64,000 nucleotides of DNA from Kudoa neothunni. Taxonomy: Eukaryota > Animalia > Cnidaria. The notes beneath the pieces are model-generated. The model was given only the letters and a program-made list of their open reading frames with translations. It searched no databases and was not told the origin of the DNA. Positions 26,713-39,307 of the stretch are shown here, piece by piece. The position numbers and the translations under genes were made by a program. How positions within the stretch are numbered: position 1 is the stretch's first letter; each line of letters starts with the position of its first letter. The DNA lies in contig OZ199839.1 in the NCBI GenBank assembly GCA_964304625.1, positions 6,352,690 to 6,416,689 on the forward strand. The letters run 5' to 3'.

Positions 26713-28726
26713 TTTTAGATAGTTAAACATTTTCTATATTTTGATTTTGAACTTCCTTTTTTAAAAAACTGACAAAATTTTGATAAATCGTAGAAACTTT
26801 ACACATTTCAATGAATCAATTGAAAATCCAACAATTTATAATGTAATCATAATTAGGCAAAAAAGAAACGGACTGTAATAGTTTTATCTTGATGGCATAG
26901 TAATCGCCATTTGTTTAATCCATTTTACATACTCATTTGCTTTTTCATACATTGAACCCTCGATGCGGCGTGATTCGATACTGCGTAGTTGACAGTTCTA
27001 ATAATGGGTAAGTACGTGACATCTCAAAAACCTCATTAGCACGTATTTTTAACTTCCATCATTCATGATTATTTTTTGTAAAATATGAATATTAATGGAC
27101 AAAATTTAGCTCGCGTAAATATTTCTGATTTAGCTAAATCTCAATTCGACTGAAGTCGGATACACGTGTAAACTGCATCATTTTTCCATAAACACTGAAA
27201 AATAGCAATGTTTCTTATTGTAACATAATTCATAATTATTATTTTAATTTTTACAATATTTTTGTGCCACAATTAAAGTGATTAACTTTACAAATAAGCT
27301 TGTTCAATATTACAAAATAATATGTTATTGTACTTTATTTCCAAGCTTTGTATAAACCTTTACAAGATATAATAAAGTGTAATATTATGTTTTTTAGTTT
27401 ATAAATTTTTGTTAGAACTTTATGATTAATGGAAAATGGTTTATTCATTAATTAAATGCGAAATTGAAGTTAAGAATAATTATATTCATCAAATATTAAT
27501 ATGTTGAGGTGTAAAATTAAAGAAAAGTTTAAATAAAAAATACCCCAATCCTATAAATAATTAATTGATGATAGAACATAAGAATATTATGTAGAGATGG
27601 GAACGTGTGAAATTATTTGTTATTCGTTAAATAAAACATTAAACTTATTGGAGTTTTACATTAAGAAATTTTTATTATTATAGGAAAAATATTTGTCTAA
27701 ATAAAATTATTTATAATTATAATAGAATATAACATTATTTTTTTAAGGAAGCAATATATATTTTTAGTTTGTATACAACGAATTCATTAATTGAAATGTC
27801 GAAACCTACTATTTGCAATATTGCGCACGCACACTGGAGATTTGTGTTTACACATAAGTTTTAGTATTCATTTTAAAGAATGATACCATTCAAAAAATCG
27901 ACTATTCAATTAAAAATAATCAATTAATCACTATTGTTATCAGAAAAAACTAATTCGCTGGTGCCCAATTTAAAAATACCCACATGATGTTGACGTTTGT
28001 TTATTTCAGATTTGTAGTCGATTCAAATAAAACCCGTTTATTAATCTATAGAATGTGCTAAGAATGATAAGTATGTTGGTTGGAATAATTTTAAGACAGA
28101 AGACGCCGTTAACGCCATATTTACAAGAGACGTTGCGTTGCATTTCTTGGAAAATTTGTGGCATAGGATAATTTTTCAAGATACATATTCACTTTTAAAC
28201 ACAATTGAGGTAGTAAATAGTTGCCATGAAAAAATAATTTAGAAATGCATAAAACATTTTAACAACATGATAAATACCTCGATTTTTTTAATCTTTCCTT
28301 TTAATCAAACACGATATAATATTGTATTGGTTGATCGTGCCAGAATTATGGCGAATTAATATCGAACATTTTGGTCGGGCTTGAATAATTATTACAATGA
28401 TTACTATTGATAATTCGTACAAATTTCTCAGAAAACCCCACTTTTAAACTATTTTATTAATAAAATATTTTAATTCGTTCCAACCATCTGAGTACGTTAA
28501 ACTCTCGATATATTCGTAACTTTTTTGGATTGAGAAAAAATTAAGTATACCGATGCACGCACGCACGCACGCACATACACAAACAAATTTTGTTTAAATA
28601 TTCGTTTATTTTGTGGGGGTTTCTCGTTTTGTTGCCTATAGAACCTAATGATTAATTATAAGCATTATAACCAAAGTTAGCGTAAGTGCGATCAGTGACC
28701 GATCGATATGGCATCATCGCCTTTAA

Positions 28727-29485
28727 CCCATCCCGTACCGAGCTCGAAAAAATTCCGTGTGTGCATATGCATACGAGGTCCCTGAGAGATTCTAGTGGAA
28801 ATCAGTTTAGAAGTTATTTTTTTATCATTTAAACAACTAAAAGCTACTTGAAACATATTTCTAAGATAGTTTAACACTTTATATATTATTGTGTATAATT
28901 GACCAAGAAACTCGATTAATTGATTGGTATTCTATGATTTAAACATCAACCTACGACAAAATAAATCTTGTATAACAAATTTTGTCGATATTATATAGTT
29001 TCGAGTGATAACCGCACACAAGATCATCCCCAGGTTATTCATTAAACTTCCCTCAAAATCCATTACATTATTAAATTAAGTTTAAACATAATTACGTTGA
29101 AACTCTCAACGAAACAACATTCACCAGACCACGATTGTTATGTATTAATCTTTGGTAATCATTATCTCATAATTTAAATTTGAAAATGTTTAGCCTAAAT
29201 TAAAATTATTGAGATATATCGGATTTAAATATTCAAAGAAATATAAATGAATATTTTGCAGTCACAAAAATGATTATTATGAACGAAATCATTTGACCAA
29301 TTAAAAATTTGAAGCCAAACTTCTTGTTAAAAGTTAATTATAAATTAAAATTTTTCCCTAGTGATGTGCTAAATTAATAGGGAAGTATTCATGAGACTTC
29401 AATAGGATGAATTGCGTTTGTTAGGAATTAGGAAGAAATTATCTTATTTGGGGTACCTAACATACTCCGCCTGGTACCGGAAAGG
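28727..29485 (+). mobile_element. Non-autonomous piggyBac-type element, family A copy 1
   Basis: TTAA|cccatcccgtacc ... ggtaccggaaagg|TTAA; homologous along its length to 43295-44148 in inverted orientation. Confidence 0.85.
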
Positions 29486-29942
29486 TTAAGCTTATGGATC
29501 GAGTGTTATTATCTAAAGAGGGTGCGAGTCCAATTTTAGCTGAAAAGCGTTGGGCTACATACTGGAGACAGAAACAAAATTACTAAAGTATTATATTTTA
29601 CAGATATAAATCTTTTATCGTAATTAGCACAATCGAGTTCTCTCCAACTGTTAGAAGTTCTCTTAGAAAAGAAATTAGGAACCTCAAGTTGCTTCGTAAT
29701 TGGGAAAATGTCGCCAGGGTTGTTGTGATCAACATAAATCTGTAACTTATAGAAATAAACCAACAAAATTCGATTAAATTCATTACTCCAAAGTTTCTGA
29801 AAATTAGTTTTCTATCTTACTACACGCACATGATGTAAAGCAATATCGCAACAGCGAGAGAAAACAAAAAATGAAAAACTTAAAAAGAATAATAAAAACA
29901 GCGTTATTGAATATGAAATTTTTAGGAAGGGGCCAATAATTG

Positions 29943-32900
29943 CTAGGGTGGTTGCGTTGATGAGTTCGATTGCTGATGGTCGATTGTTGGATCTTGTTGA
30001 TTGGAAGTGAGTGTAGGTGGAGCTGACGATAATTTTTCAGGTGTATGGGTAGGAATAGGAAATTGACCGCCAGTTTCCAAACTATGAGCACGTAAATCGT
30101 CCTGTCGAGTGGAAGCAGCCATCTCAGGAGTGATAGGCATGGACAAAACATTCATTGGTGTTCCTTGTCCCAGATGTTGAGTTGGAACATTTCGTAATAA
30201 TACATCGTCAAGTGGAAAAGAAATTGTTGTCGACGTTGGACTATGTACAGTGCCACTGTGGGTAGCGTTGAAATCAGGAGTAACGTTGCCACTGGTTCGA
30301 TGGATTGAATGACGAGTGGCTGGAGAATTCGATTCACGATAAATCCGTCTATTTATAGCAGTATCCCCATCAACAGTCTTGGCTGAAGGGATAGATTTAT
30401 GAGTGGGAGTACCATGATACTGGGGTGACAAAACTCCGGAGGATGGAGTACTGGGATCGACATTCGCGTTATTAGGGGAATGAAGATCAGAAATCACTGA
30501 CTGAATCGAACATTGACTAAGATAAGACCCAATGGAAGATTTAGCAGAAGGGACAATTCTACTCGCTAAAATAAATGATCAATTAAAAAAAGATTCGACA
30601 CATCGTTATTATCAATATTATCCAGAATTCAAACAACCTTCAGTTGATGAAGCTCTCATGCTCTCACCCTTGGTAAAGGATTGACTGTTGGCTAAGTTGC
30701 CGGATTCGCTCATAAATTTCATCTTGTTATCTCTGGACGAAATCTCAATAATATGAGAAATTGATTCAAGTTTCAGTTCGATTAGGGTTCTTAGTGATTC
30801 CAAAGTTTCAGAAGACGCCATTTTTGCAAGGTTATGTCTACTAGCAAAAATATCGATGTTATCCATGAAATTTTGTGATAATCTATTAAATTCTTCGGCA
30901 ACGTAGATTTTCATTATATTTAGCTCATGAAGGTATTGACTGGTAGAAGCATTTGCTGTTGTTAAGTTTTCATTATTATTGCCGTTGTAATCGATAACAT
31001 ACGATGAGTCATTCATTGGAATAGAATCTTTGGTGACATTTGAGATATTATCTGATGTTTTTACATCAGGGAATTTGGCCAAATCAATAGAGGAGACACA
31101 TTCCCCGGTTGACGGCGACACATGTGATATAGAAGTATCAGTTGATGCAACATTATTACTAAATTTATTCGAAGTGTTGGTTGGAGTTTTTGTGGTTTCT
31201 ACAAACACTCGACTCTCCTGATATCCCTCAACCTCCTCGGTAGCGTTGGGTGAAACACATTCACTACCAAAAACGGCCGTATTGTTGTTGCTAGTTGACT
31301 TAGAATTTGAAGCTGGTGATAAAGTATCATCCTCTCCAACATCACTTAACACAATATCATCAGTGATAGCTTTAATTTTGAATCTAGTTGAGGAAGCAGA
31401 GGAGGGAATTTCCTCGAAATCATAATTTTGTACAGTAGATGGAGGTTCATTAACGAGATTGATTTTAAATCGACCATTCTTATGAGGCGACACATTTACA
31501 TCGGGGGCAAACAAAGTTTCCTTTTCAACAAACACTTGATCAGCATAAGTGGGTGAGTCAGCGTCAGCAGGAGACATATTATCAGTAGCACGATGTATTT
31601 TTTTAGTAGCTTGTTGATCATCCACAGGCATACTTTCATACGACCTTTCGATGACTCTGAATTGAGAGTTTTTCGTGCTGGAGTCATTAGTGCCACTATT
31701 ACTGGAATCGATTGATGCTTGTGATGGTTTTCTGCAATGACCATGTTGATTTTGAGTGGGAATGTTTGAATCACCAGCATGTGAATCATTTTCAAAAGCT
31801 TCTACGTTCTGAACCACAATATCGTGAATGATATATGGTGCAATTTCGTTTCCAAAATTTTCAGCGGTCACTTCAGCTTGTGCTTCTTTCACTATTAGGG
31901 TGAGAGCATCAGTGAGTGATTGCCTTCGATCTTCATTCACATAGTTGCAAAGAATGAGTTTATCGGCCACATCATCGGGAGCATCATCTCCAATACCAAA
32001 TCTGAAGGTGATACGATGAAGTTTGTTCTCAAGGACAGATTCCGCAACTTCGTTGTCAGTAATAAGTTTAAGGTAGAGTTGAATGGAGTCTTGATCAACA
32101 GTATTACTATTAGTAGTATTAATATTAGTGGATGGAATTTTGGTAGTGGAGGAATTTTTTGGAGCAGTACCAGTGGGAGATATATCATCTTTATTTACAT
32201 GTGTACTTTTTGTGGCACTGACCTCACTCGACAACCCAGTAAATTCTTGATGGTTGGCTAGGATTTTTGTGTTTGGTTTGTGTTCATCTGGGAGTAATAG
32301 TTTAGAAGGACTTGCGCCAGCAATGGACGCACCGGAATAATGAACACTTTTGCTGTTGCGTTGAATCTCGGCACTTATTTCAGCAGGGGTCGATACTTCA
32401 GTTTCATGGAGTGAATGAGATTTCTTTATTGACTTGTAGTTCTTTGAACTTTCAGCCTGAGAATCAGCTTTGTTGCTATCAGCAGCCGGTGGTTGAGAGA
32501 TGTGAGTAGGATGTTCCGTGGTGACACTGGGATGAGAATCCGCAGCAACATTAATCCTTTGTTCTTGATGATTTTTGTCAGTGGCTTTTTTAGTAACGAT
32601 ATTTAATGGTTGATTAGTGCTAGATTGCTTCATTAAATGTCGCAATACAAACACTGCTTCGCTGACCGTATTCACAATAGACGATTCCAGCTTAGGATCT
32701 ATTAAACCTTTTTTGGTCAGCTCATTGGCGAGCATTTGGGGAGAATCATTGTGATCAAGCTCAATCTTGATGCTTGTTTTTTTCTCGGAGTTCAAATATT
32801 CGCCTGCCGACACAACAGCATTATTATACACCACTGAAAGTATCATGTTAAAAGCGTTCTCGTTGAATTTGGTGTGGTGGGTTTCTGCAGCCTGTCTATC

Positions 32901-35117
32901 AAGCGGTGTAATTTTGACTTCTATCCCAGGTAGAGATCTATCGAAAATAGGATTCAACGTCACACCACTTGGTGCAATCACAGTTGAAGGTGGTCTGCTT
33001 AATGACGACAAAGTTGGCTCATCCTTGGACAATATTTTTTGGTGTGTTCTTCTAACATTCCCTCCTCCTCCAATTGCTCCACCTTTTGTTGCTCCTACTG
33101 CTGTTCCGCCACCATTACCACCAGCGGGAGTAGCAACCGCCGGTGCACCTGCTTTAGTATGAATCTTCTGGATGGGCTTTTGTTGAGCGCCAGTATCAGA
33201 CGAAATATCTGTTAATTGTTTGGTATCCTTGGAAGGATCAACATTATGCTGAGGTGTAGCCATAGACATGTATTCGGGTGATTGATTAATTGTAGGTTGA
33301 GCACTGATGTTAGTTTGTATAGTTGTAGAAGTCGTAACAATTGATTGTGTTTGAACAGTTGGATGCTGTGAAATGGGCGTAGATAGTTTAACATTAGTTT
33401 TAGACTGATTAACAGTTTTATTTGTGGGGGTTTGGGTGGAAGGTGGAGTAATAATTTTATGTTGAGTGCCATTTTGGGTTGGAGGTAGTTCTTGGTTGGT
33501 TGGAGAGGGATTTAAAGAATGAGTGGTAGCAGGTACAGCTGGCGACTGAACACCACCGAGCGCGGTGTTAGTATGGCTTATAGTTTGATCAGGTTGGTTA
33601 GGAGCGACATTTTGAGTGGTTGTAGGATTTGGGGCGACAAAAATGTTGGTAGTAGAAACAGAAGTAGAGCCTGAATTCGGCTGTTGAGTCACATTATTAG
33701 TGGTCACTGATGAGGATGAGTCGGCGGGTTTGTGAGGTCTTTCTACGCAAGATTGTGCCAACGCCTTAGTTTCATCGTTCACAATAAAAGGATGCAACAA
33801 CAGCTGTTTCATATTGTATCTGGTATTTTTATCGGGGTCAATACAACCATTGACCAAATCAAGCAAGATTTCGTGATGAATTTCCTTCACCAATTCAGGT
33901 TTAATACCGGAGCTGACCCGTCTAAAAATTTGGGCCGGATTGGAACACTCCATATATGGATATTTTCCAGTGGCCAACTCCAATACACACATACCGAATG
34001 CATAGATATCAATACGTTCATCATATAATTCGTCGTACATTTCAGGCGCCATAAACTCAGGAGTGCCAATGACACTTTTGGCATAGGACGCATTTTTTAC
34101 GGTGGCCAATCCAAGATCGCCCAATTTCAAGCTACCATCTGCGCCATTAATAAAAATGTTATCGCATTTGAGGTCTCGATGTATGATGATGGGTTTTCTT
34201 GTGTGTAGAAAGTGCAAACCCCGTAGAATTTGTCTTGCCCAACTTTGCAACACTTTCTCTTTTACCACAGTGAATCGTTTGATGAATGTTTTAAGTGTTC
34301 CGCTGGTTAACAATTCGGTGATTAGCACCAATTTAACTTCTTTGGAATTGAGACGAGATTCCCAAAAATCGAAATAACGAACAATATTTGGATGGACAAG
34401 TTTTTTGAGCATGGTAGCCTCTTCACGAAAACGTTCCACCTCTTCTTTTTGAATGTTACGTTGGTTGAGTTCACACCAAGCCACATCCACTCCAGTTTCA
34501 GTGTCCAATCCTTTGAACACAGTTTTGAATGAGCCACGTCCAATCACTTTGTCAAATTTGAAAAATCTTCCGTCAGGTGACTTTTCCACGGCTTTAGTCT
34601 CACTCTCGTCTGCGTCATCATTTGGATCCGACTGAAAATTGTAATTGCTATTAGCGGTATTATTAGAAGGAGTGTAGCTAGTAGGTGTGGAGATAGCACC
34701 GATATTGTTGATACTGTTGATATTATTGCTGTTGCTGTTGCTGTTGTTGTTAACCGATGGAGTTGTCGTAAAAGGTATAGATTCTGCATGATCACGATCA
34801 CGTTGTTGCTGATGTTGAGTAGTTGGAGGTGGCTCAATGTCGATATTTTGTTGAGTATTAACAACAGTAATCCGTTGCTGAGAAACCAAAGGATTCTGTT
34901 TAGAATTCTCATCTCTAGACGAGATATTCATTGGTGTTTGGTGTTGTTTGGAGTAATTGATTTCATGAGAGGAAGTTTTATTTTGTTTAGCAATAGATGT
35001 GCCATCAGCCACCTCTCTAGCTGTATTATTGGGGTTGGAATTATTGTGGTTGTTAGAATTATTAGAGTTGGTGGAATTTCCATGAAGTACAGGCACCACA
35101 TCTTCAGTGTTTTTCAT
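29943..35117 (-). CDS. WNK: WNK (with-no-lysine) Ser/Thr kinase, about 1700 aa, two exons (35117-30638, 30565-29943)
   Basis: GRGSFKTV (catalytic Lys in subdomain I), [32 protein letters not shown]; two CCT-like segments ([26 protein letters not shown]); RFxI motifs (GRFKI, TRFKI). The phase-1 intron 30637-30566 joins the 1499-aa and 184-aa ORFs in frame. Confidence 0.93.
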
Positions 35118-35543
35118 TTAGAAAATATACACTAACAGGTTCACAACAATCGACCTAGGCACAATGTTAACGATAAGCGTTGATTTATACTATCAATAAA
35201 TACTTACTTAGTTGGGATCTGATAAGCGGCTGTATATAGGAAGATAACAATATGAAGTGAGCAAAATTTTGAATCCCTAAAGTCAATCACAGAATTAAAT
35301 CCAGCCTCACTCAATGATTTTGGCGTTAATGCGTTATTTAAATGAGTGTGAGTACTGAGAAATCAATATAATGATTAAATTCCAAATAATAGCCCACCAT
35401 CATCAACAACCGTTATCAAAATCCAAATACATTAAAAAAGCTCATACTTCAACCTAAATGTGTAAAATGCAAGCAAACTTGCTCTTGATGAAGCTGGAAT
35501 ACTAAAAGTATAACGTCTTCAAGCGATTAATTGTTATCCCTTT

Positions 35544-35575
35544 CGCGCAAGCTTGCGCGTGATATCTATAGATAT
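35544..35575. promoter_or_regulatory. Two adjacent perfect palindromes about 430 bp upstream of the WNK ATG
   Basis: cgcgcaagcttgcgcg (35544-35559) and atatctatagatat (35562-35575). A regulatory role is inferred only from position. Confidence 0.3.
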
Positions 35576-36609
35576 TATCACTATCAACACTGTGGAATTG
35601 TGGTTGGCTACGCTGGTTGTTAGCGATGACTTTCTAGATTGAATTAAATCTATGCAATATCCAAATTTAATGGCGTAAAAATAATCAAAATTTCGTTGCT
35701 ATTAGCGTATAATATCGCATGGATGAATGATTTTTGGGTTTGTTAATACGGACGATTTATGGTGTTTACGACGATACGAAATAGCTTAACAAACAAATAC
35801 ACCTACCATGCTACCCGTTTGTCTGATTTCAAAGTGTTACAGTCAACAAATAGTCATACACCCATTAAACAACAATCACCAATCACCACGCCAATTCAGG
35901 ATAGTCATTTTCCACCGAAAACTATTAGTTTAACTTATTTGAATGATTTCTTAACAAAATTTCAAAACAATATTGATAGATTTAAAGTAAAGATTTTAAT
36001 AAGCTGGAATTAACACTATAGTGAGAATGAATAAATCGATAGATTTGCACAGAAACGGCTAAAATGGTTCTTTAGCGAAAATAACCGAGTCAGTTTAACA
36101 TCTGAATTAAATCCTTAAAATTTTTACATAAGCTTTTTCGCAATTAATATGGCTGATAATATTTAATAATTTAGATATATAGAGAAATCCATGAGAATCA
36201 AACCTCCTATCGTATTGGTAAAATGTGTTACTCGGATAATCCTATTAAATATTAAGTAGATTTGTCGTCATCCTTAATGCTTTGTTTGATATCGGACCAT
36301 TGAACGATCATCAATTCAAAACGACAACCAAATTACAACAATTCCCTTATTCCTAATAAAACACACTATTCTTATCGACAATAATGATCGTTTTTTTTCA
36401 ATCCGTAAACTATACTTTGATTGACCATGGTATACGTCGGCATTTTAAATCTTGTCATGGCCTTTTGATATAAAAATCATTATTTGTGTGAAATTATGAC
36501 ACCTAAATTATTTTAGATTTACTTCAGATATTAATGGAAATCTTTAATTCCATAAACTCTTACCAACAAGCTTTATACAGATTTTCTGTTTGAAATCTTT
36601 TATATTGAA

Positions 36610-37633
36610 CACTCTAAGTAAATTGGGGTCGGTTTGGACCTCAGACGAAATTGCTATCCTGTTTTCTCAGTCGTTATATAATTATTAGAATTCAAACTAC
36701 TTCAATTCTCGAGAAATATGTTCAACTTTAGTGGAACAGATTTATTTGAATTTTCAGGTGGTATTGCAATTTTTTTGGATATTTTAAAAATATATTATTA
36801 TTTAAATTAATTTTTAAAAGGAAATTGAATTTATACATATCTTACATACCAAAATATAACATATAAGTTATAACTCTACTGTGTAAGTATGGATTTCTTT
36901 TTGGAAAGTAGCGAGGATAGTGTTGACACTAATGAAAATGAAACACTCGACCTAATGTAGTTGAAATGGACTCTCAGAAATGAGAATGAAAAAAGTCTTA
37001 CGTGTGATGAAAATGATTATTCGCTTGTAGACAAAAACAACCATTTATGGAGCGTAATCAAACCTAAGAAAACAAAGGCGGCGGCAGGAAATAAAATGAG
37101 TTTTCTTCAAGTTGTGACTGTATACGCCACATGTAGGGATTTTTTTCATTTCTTCCCAATGGAAATAATGGAATAAACAATTAAATATGCCGATCGGTGC
37201 GGTAAGCACCATTATGGAAATAACAGGAAAGATGTTGTTGAAATATTTAGTTGTGACGAAGGTAGAAGGATATACAAAGATCATTTTTCCTTGTACAGTT
37301 TACACATTCAGGCAACTAACAAGAGTGCTCCACTATAATAATGCAAAAACTAACGAGGAACAACAGCTAAACGATTAATTTTCCCCAATTCGAGAAATAT
37401 GGACCTTTTGGTCAACGTGACAAACAAAAGTTATGACCCCGGAGAAAATGAATGTTATGATGAGCATTTGGTTTCTTTATGAGGAAACTGCTCCTCTAAA
37501 CAATACATAAAAAGTAAGCCAGCAAAATATGGCTTAAAATTGTAATTTTATTGATTGATACAAAACACTATTATTAAACGAAATCACAAAAAACTCTGGG
37601 GTTCAGATGGACCCGAGTTATACTTCGAGGGGG
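36610..37633 (+). mobile_element. Decayed, internally deleted piggyBac transposon
   Basis: Remnant YDEHLVSL*GNCSSKQYIKSKPAKYGLK (about 37455-37540) matches the piggyBac DE...QYIPSKPxKYGIK motif. Subterminal ggggtc...gacc palindromes occur at both ends; the TSDs are degenerate. Confidence 0.75.
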
Positions 37634-37937
37634 TATGATTAATTTTTATACTTAGAAGGTCAATTATTTATGACCATTAAAGCAAAAAGATGGGCACGAA
37701 ATAATTAAATACAGTCAAAACTAGGGGCTCCTGAATATTATTTACCAGACAATGCATTTTCGTTAGTTCGTGTTCGTGTAACATATGGATTAAAGGGTTG
37801 TAATTAGAGTTTCTACGCGTGTCACGTCGTGCGCGTGATATGGCCTGAAATGCATCACGCTTCTTATAACGAGTCCTTGGAATTTTATCGTTACTCTTTT
37901 GTTTAATAAGGAATTTGAGTTTTATTATATAAGTTTA

Positions 37938-39140
37938 CCAGCTTGAACTGCCCAGCGTTGCTTGGGGAAGATTTCGCCTGGAGGCATTTTTTAATAGCTT
38001 TCAAAAAAATATATTGCAATCTCGAATTAACCCATAGAAACAAAATAACTAAAAATTTTTTAAGCAACTTACCATAACGATTTGGATTATGCAATCTAAA
38101 TTATGATAATTTCTGCGAAGGAAAGTATCAATCACTGCGCCCATTTAAAAATTTCGTGGCTCGGCATCAACGCTAAACAAGTTAAGGTCAGCGTTGTACT
38201 TTTTTCATTCCGAATTATTTAAATCCCTCTAAAGTGTTATCTAAAACGTTATTTTTTGGCCCGGAGGATTTTTAAAAGTCGAATTCTGGCCTGGTTCGGT
38301 AACTGGACGCACCACTAACTTTTTAAGAGATAAAAAATAGAAAAAATAAAAGAGATAGAAGAAAACTTAGGAAAATTAATCGATATTGCTAAAATTAGCA
38401 TCGTTTAACTCGGCATAAACATACATACGCTTTTATCATAAACAGCCACAAATTGCGTCGACTTCAACATAAACAATTTAAATAACTTGGTGAAATAAAA
38501 GTACAACCATCCGCATTGAATTTAACCACATAAAGTAAAACTTAGCGGACAATTTAATGAAACCTATGAACGCAGTATTTCCATTATAACGCTTCAATCA
38601 ATGTAACTTTAACGTTCTCCGCGAATTCGTTATTTATGAAACATATATAGATTTTTTACCACAATGAAAACCATTAATAGAACTTATAGAATATACTTAT
38701 CAAGTCATATATGTTAAAACTCCGCAAATAAGGAGTGTGTTTAAACAGACATCCAAACAGAAACGCCAACCTTATATATAAAGATAGATAGAAACAGTTA
38801 ATGAGCATATGATGGAGCATATAAGGGAGATAGTTAACTTCAACCGACCATAACCATGAAATAAGCAAGTGCTAATCCTATAGTTGAACTCATTTAATCC
38901 GAAAAACAAACTTTAAATAGACAAAATCACTATTTCATAAATACTTTTTGGAAACTTTCGTAGTCCGAAAACAATTAAACGATTTTTTTTAATTTCACAA
39001 ATTTATAAAAATTTTATATATGGCTCTTTATAAGGAAAAAATTATCCGCACATGCGTACTTAGGGGCATACACACACTGACATACACGCACACACAAACA
39101 GACATACCGACAGTCCTCTTTTATATATAAATATATATAT
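37938..39140 (-). mobile_element. Non-autonomous Helitron-like element
   Basis: The minus strand ends cccaagcaacgctgggcagttcaagCTGG|T (subterminal hairpin plus CTRR before T) and begins tatatataaaagaggactgtcggtatgtctgtttgtgtgtg, typical of animal non-autonomous Helitron 5' ends. Pairing the two ends into one element is inferred. Confidence 0.55.
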
Positions 39141-39307
39141 AAAGGATAAGAAATTCCTTCTTTTGGCTTTAATAAATATTAAAATTATTTTATATTAAGA
39201 TATCATTAAATTAGATGAAAACAATGTAAGATAAAACTTTTAAAGAAAAACGATTTCATTTGTCCGAATCGAGTAGTTGTATTTAAATCAAAGATTGAAG
39301 CAATTAG

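Noticed and set aside
26948-26990. pogo-like TIR starts (also ~28493 and ~37710)
   Set aside because: No matching second end could be located with confidence.
29536-29783. Short minus-strand ORFs downstream of WNK as further exons
   Set aside because: WNK already terminates at 29943; no donor links to them and they have no recognisable motif.
31030-35135. Antisense and alternate-frame ORFs overlapping WNK
   Set aside because: Expected shadows of a long, GC-richer coding exon.
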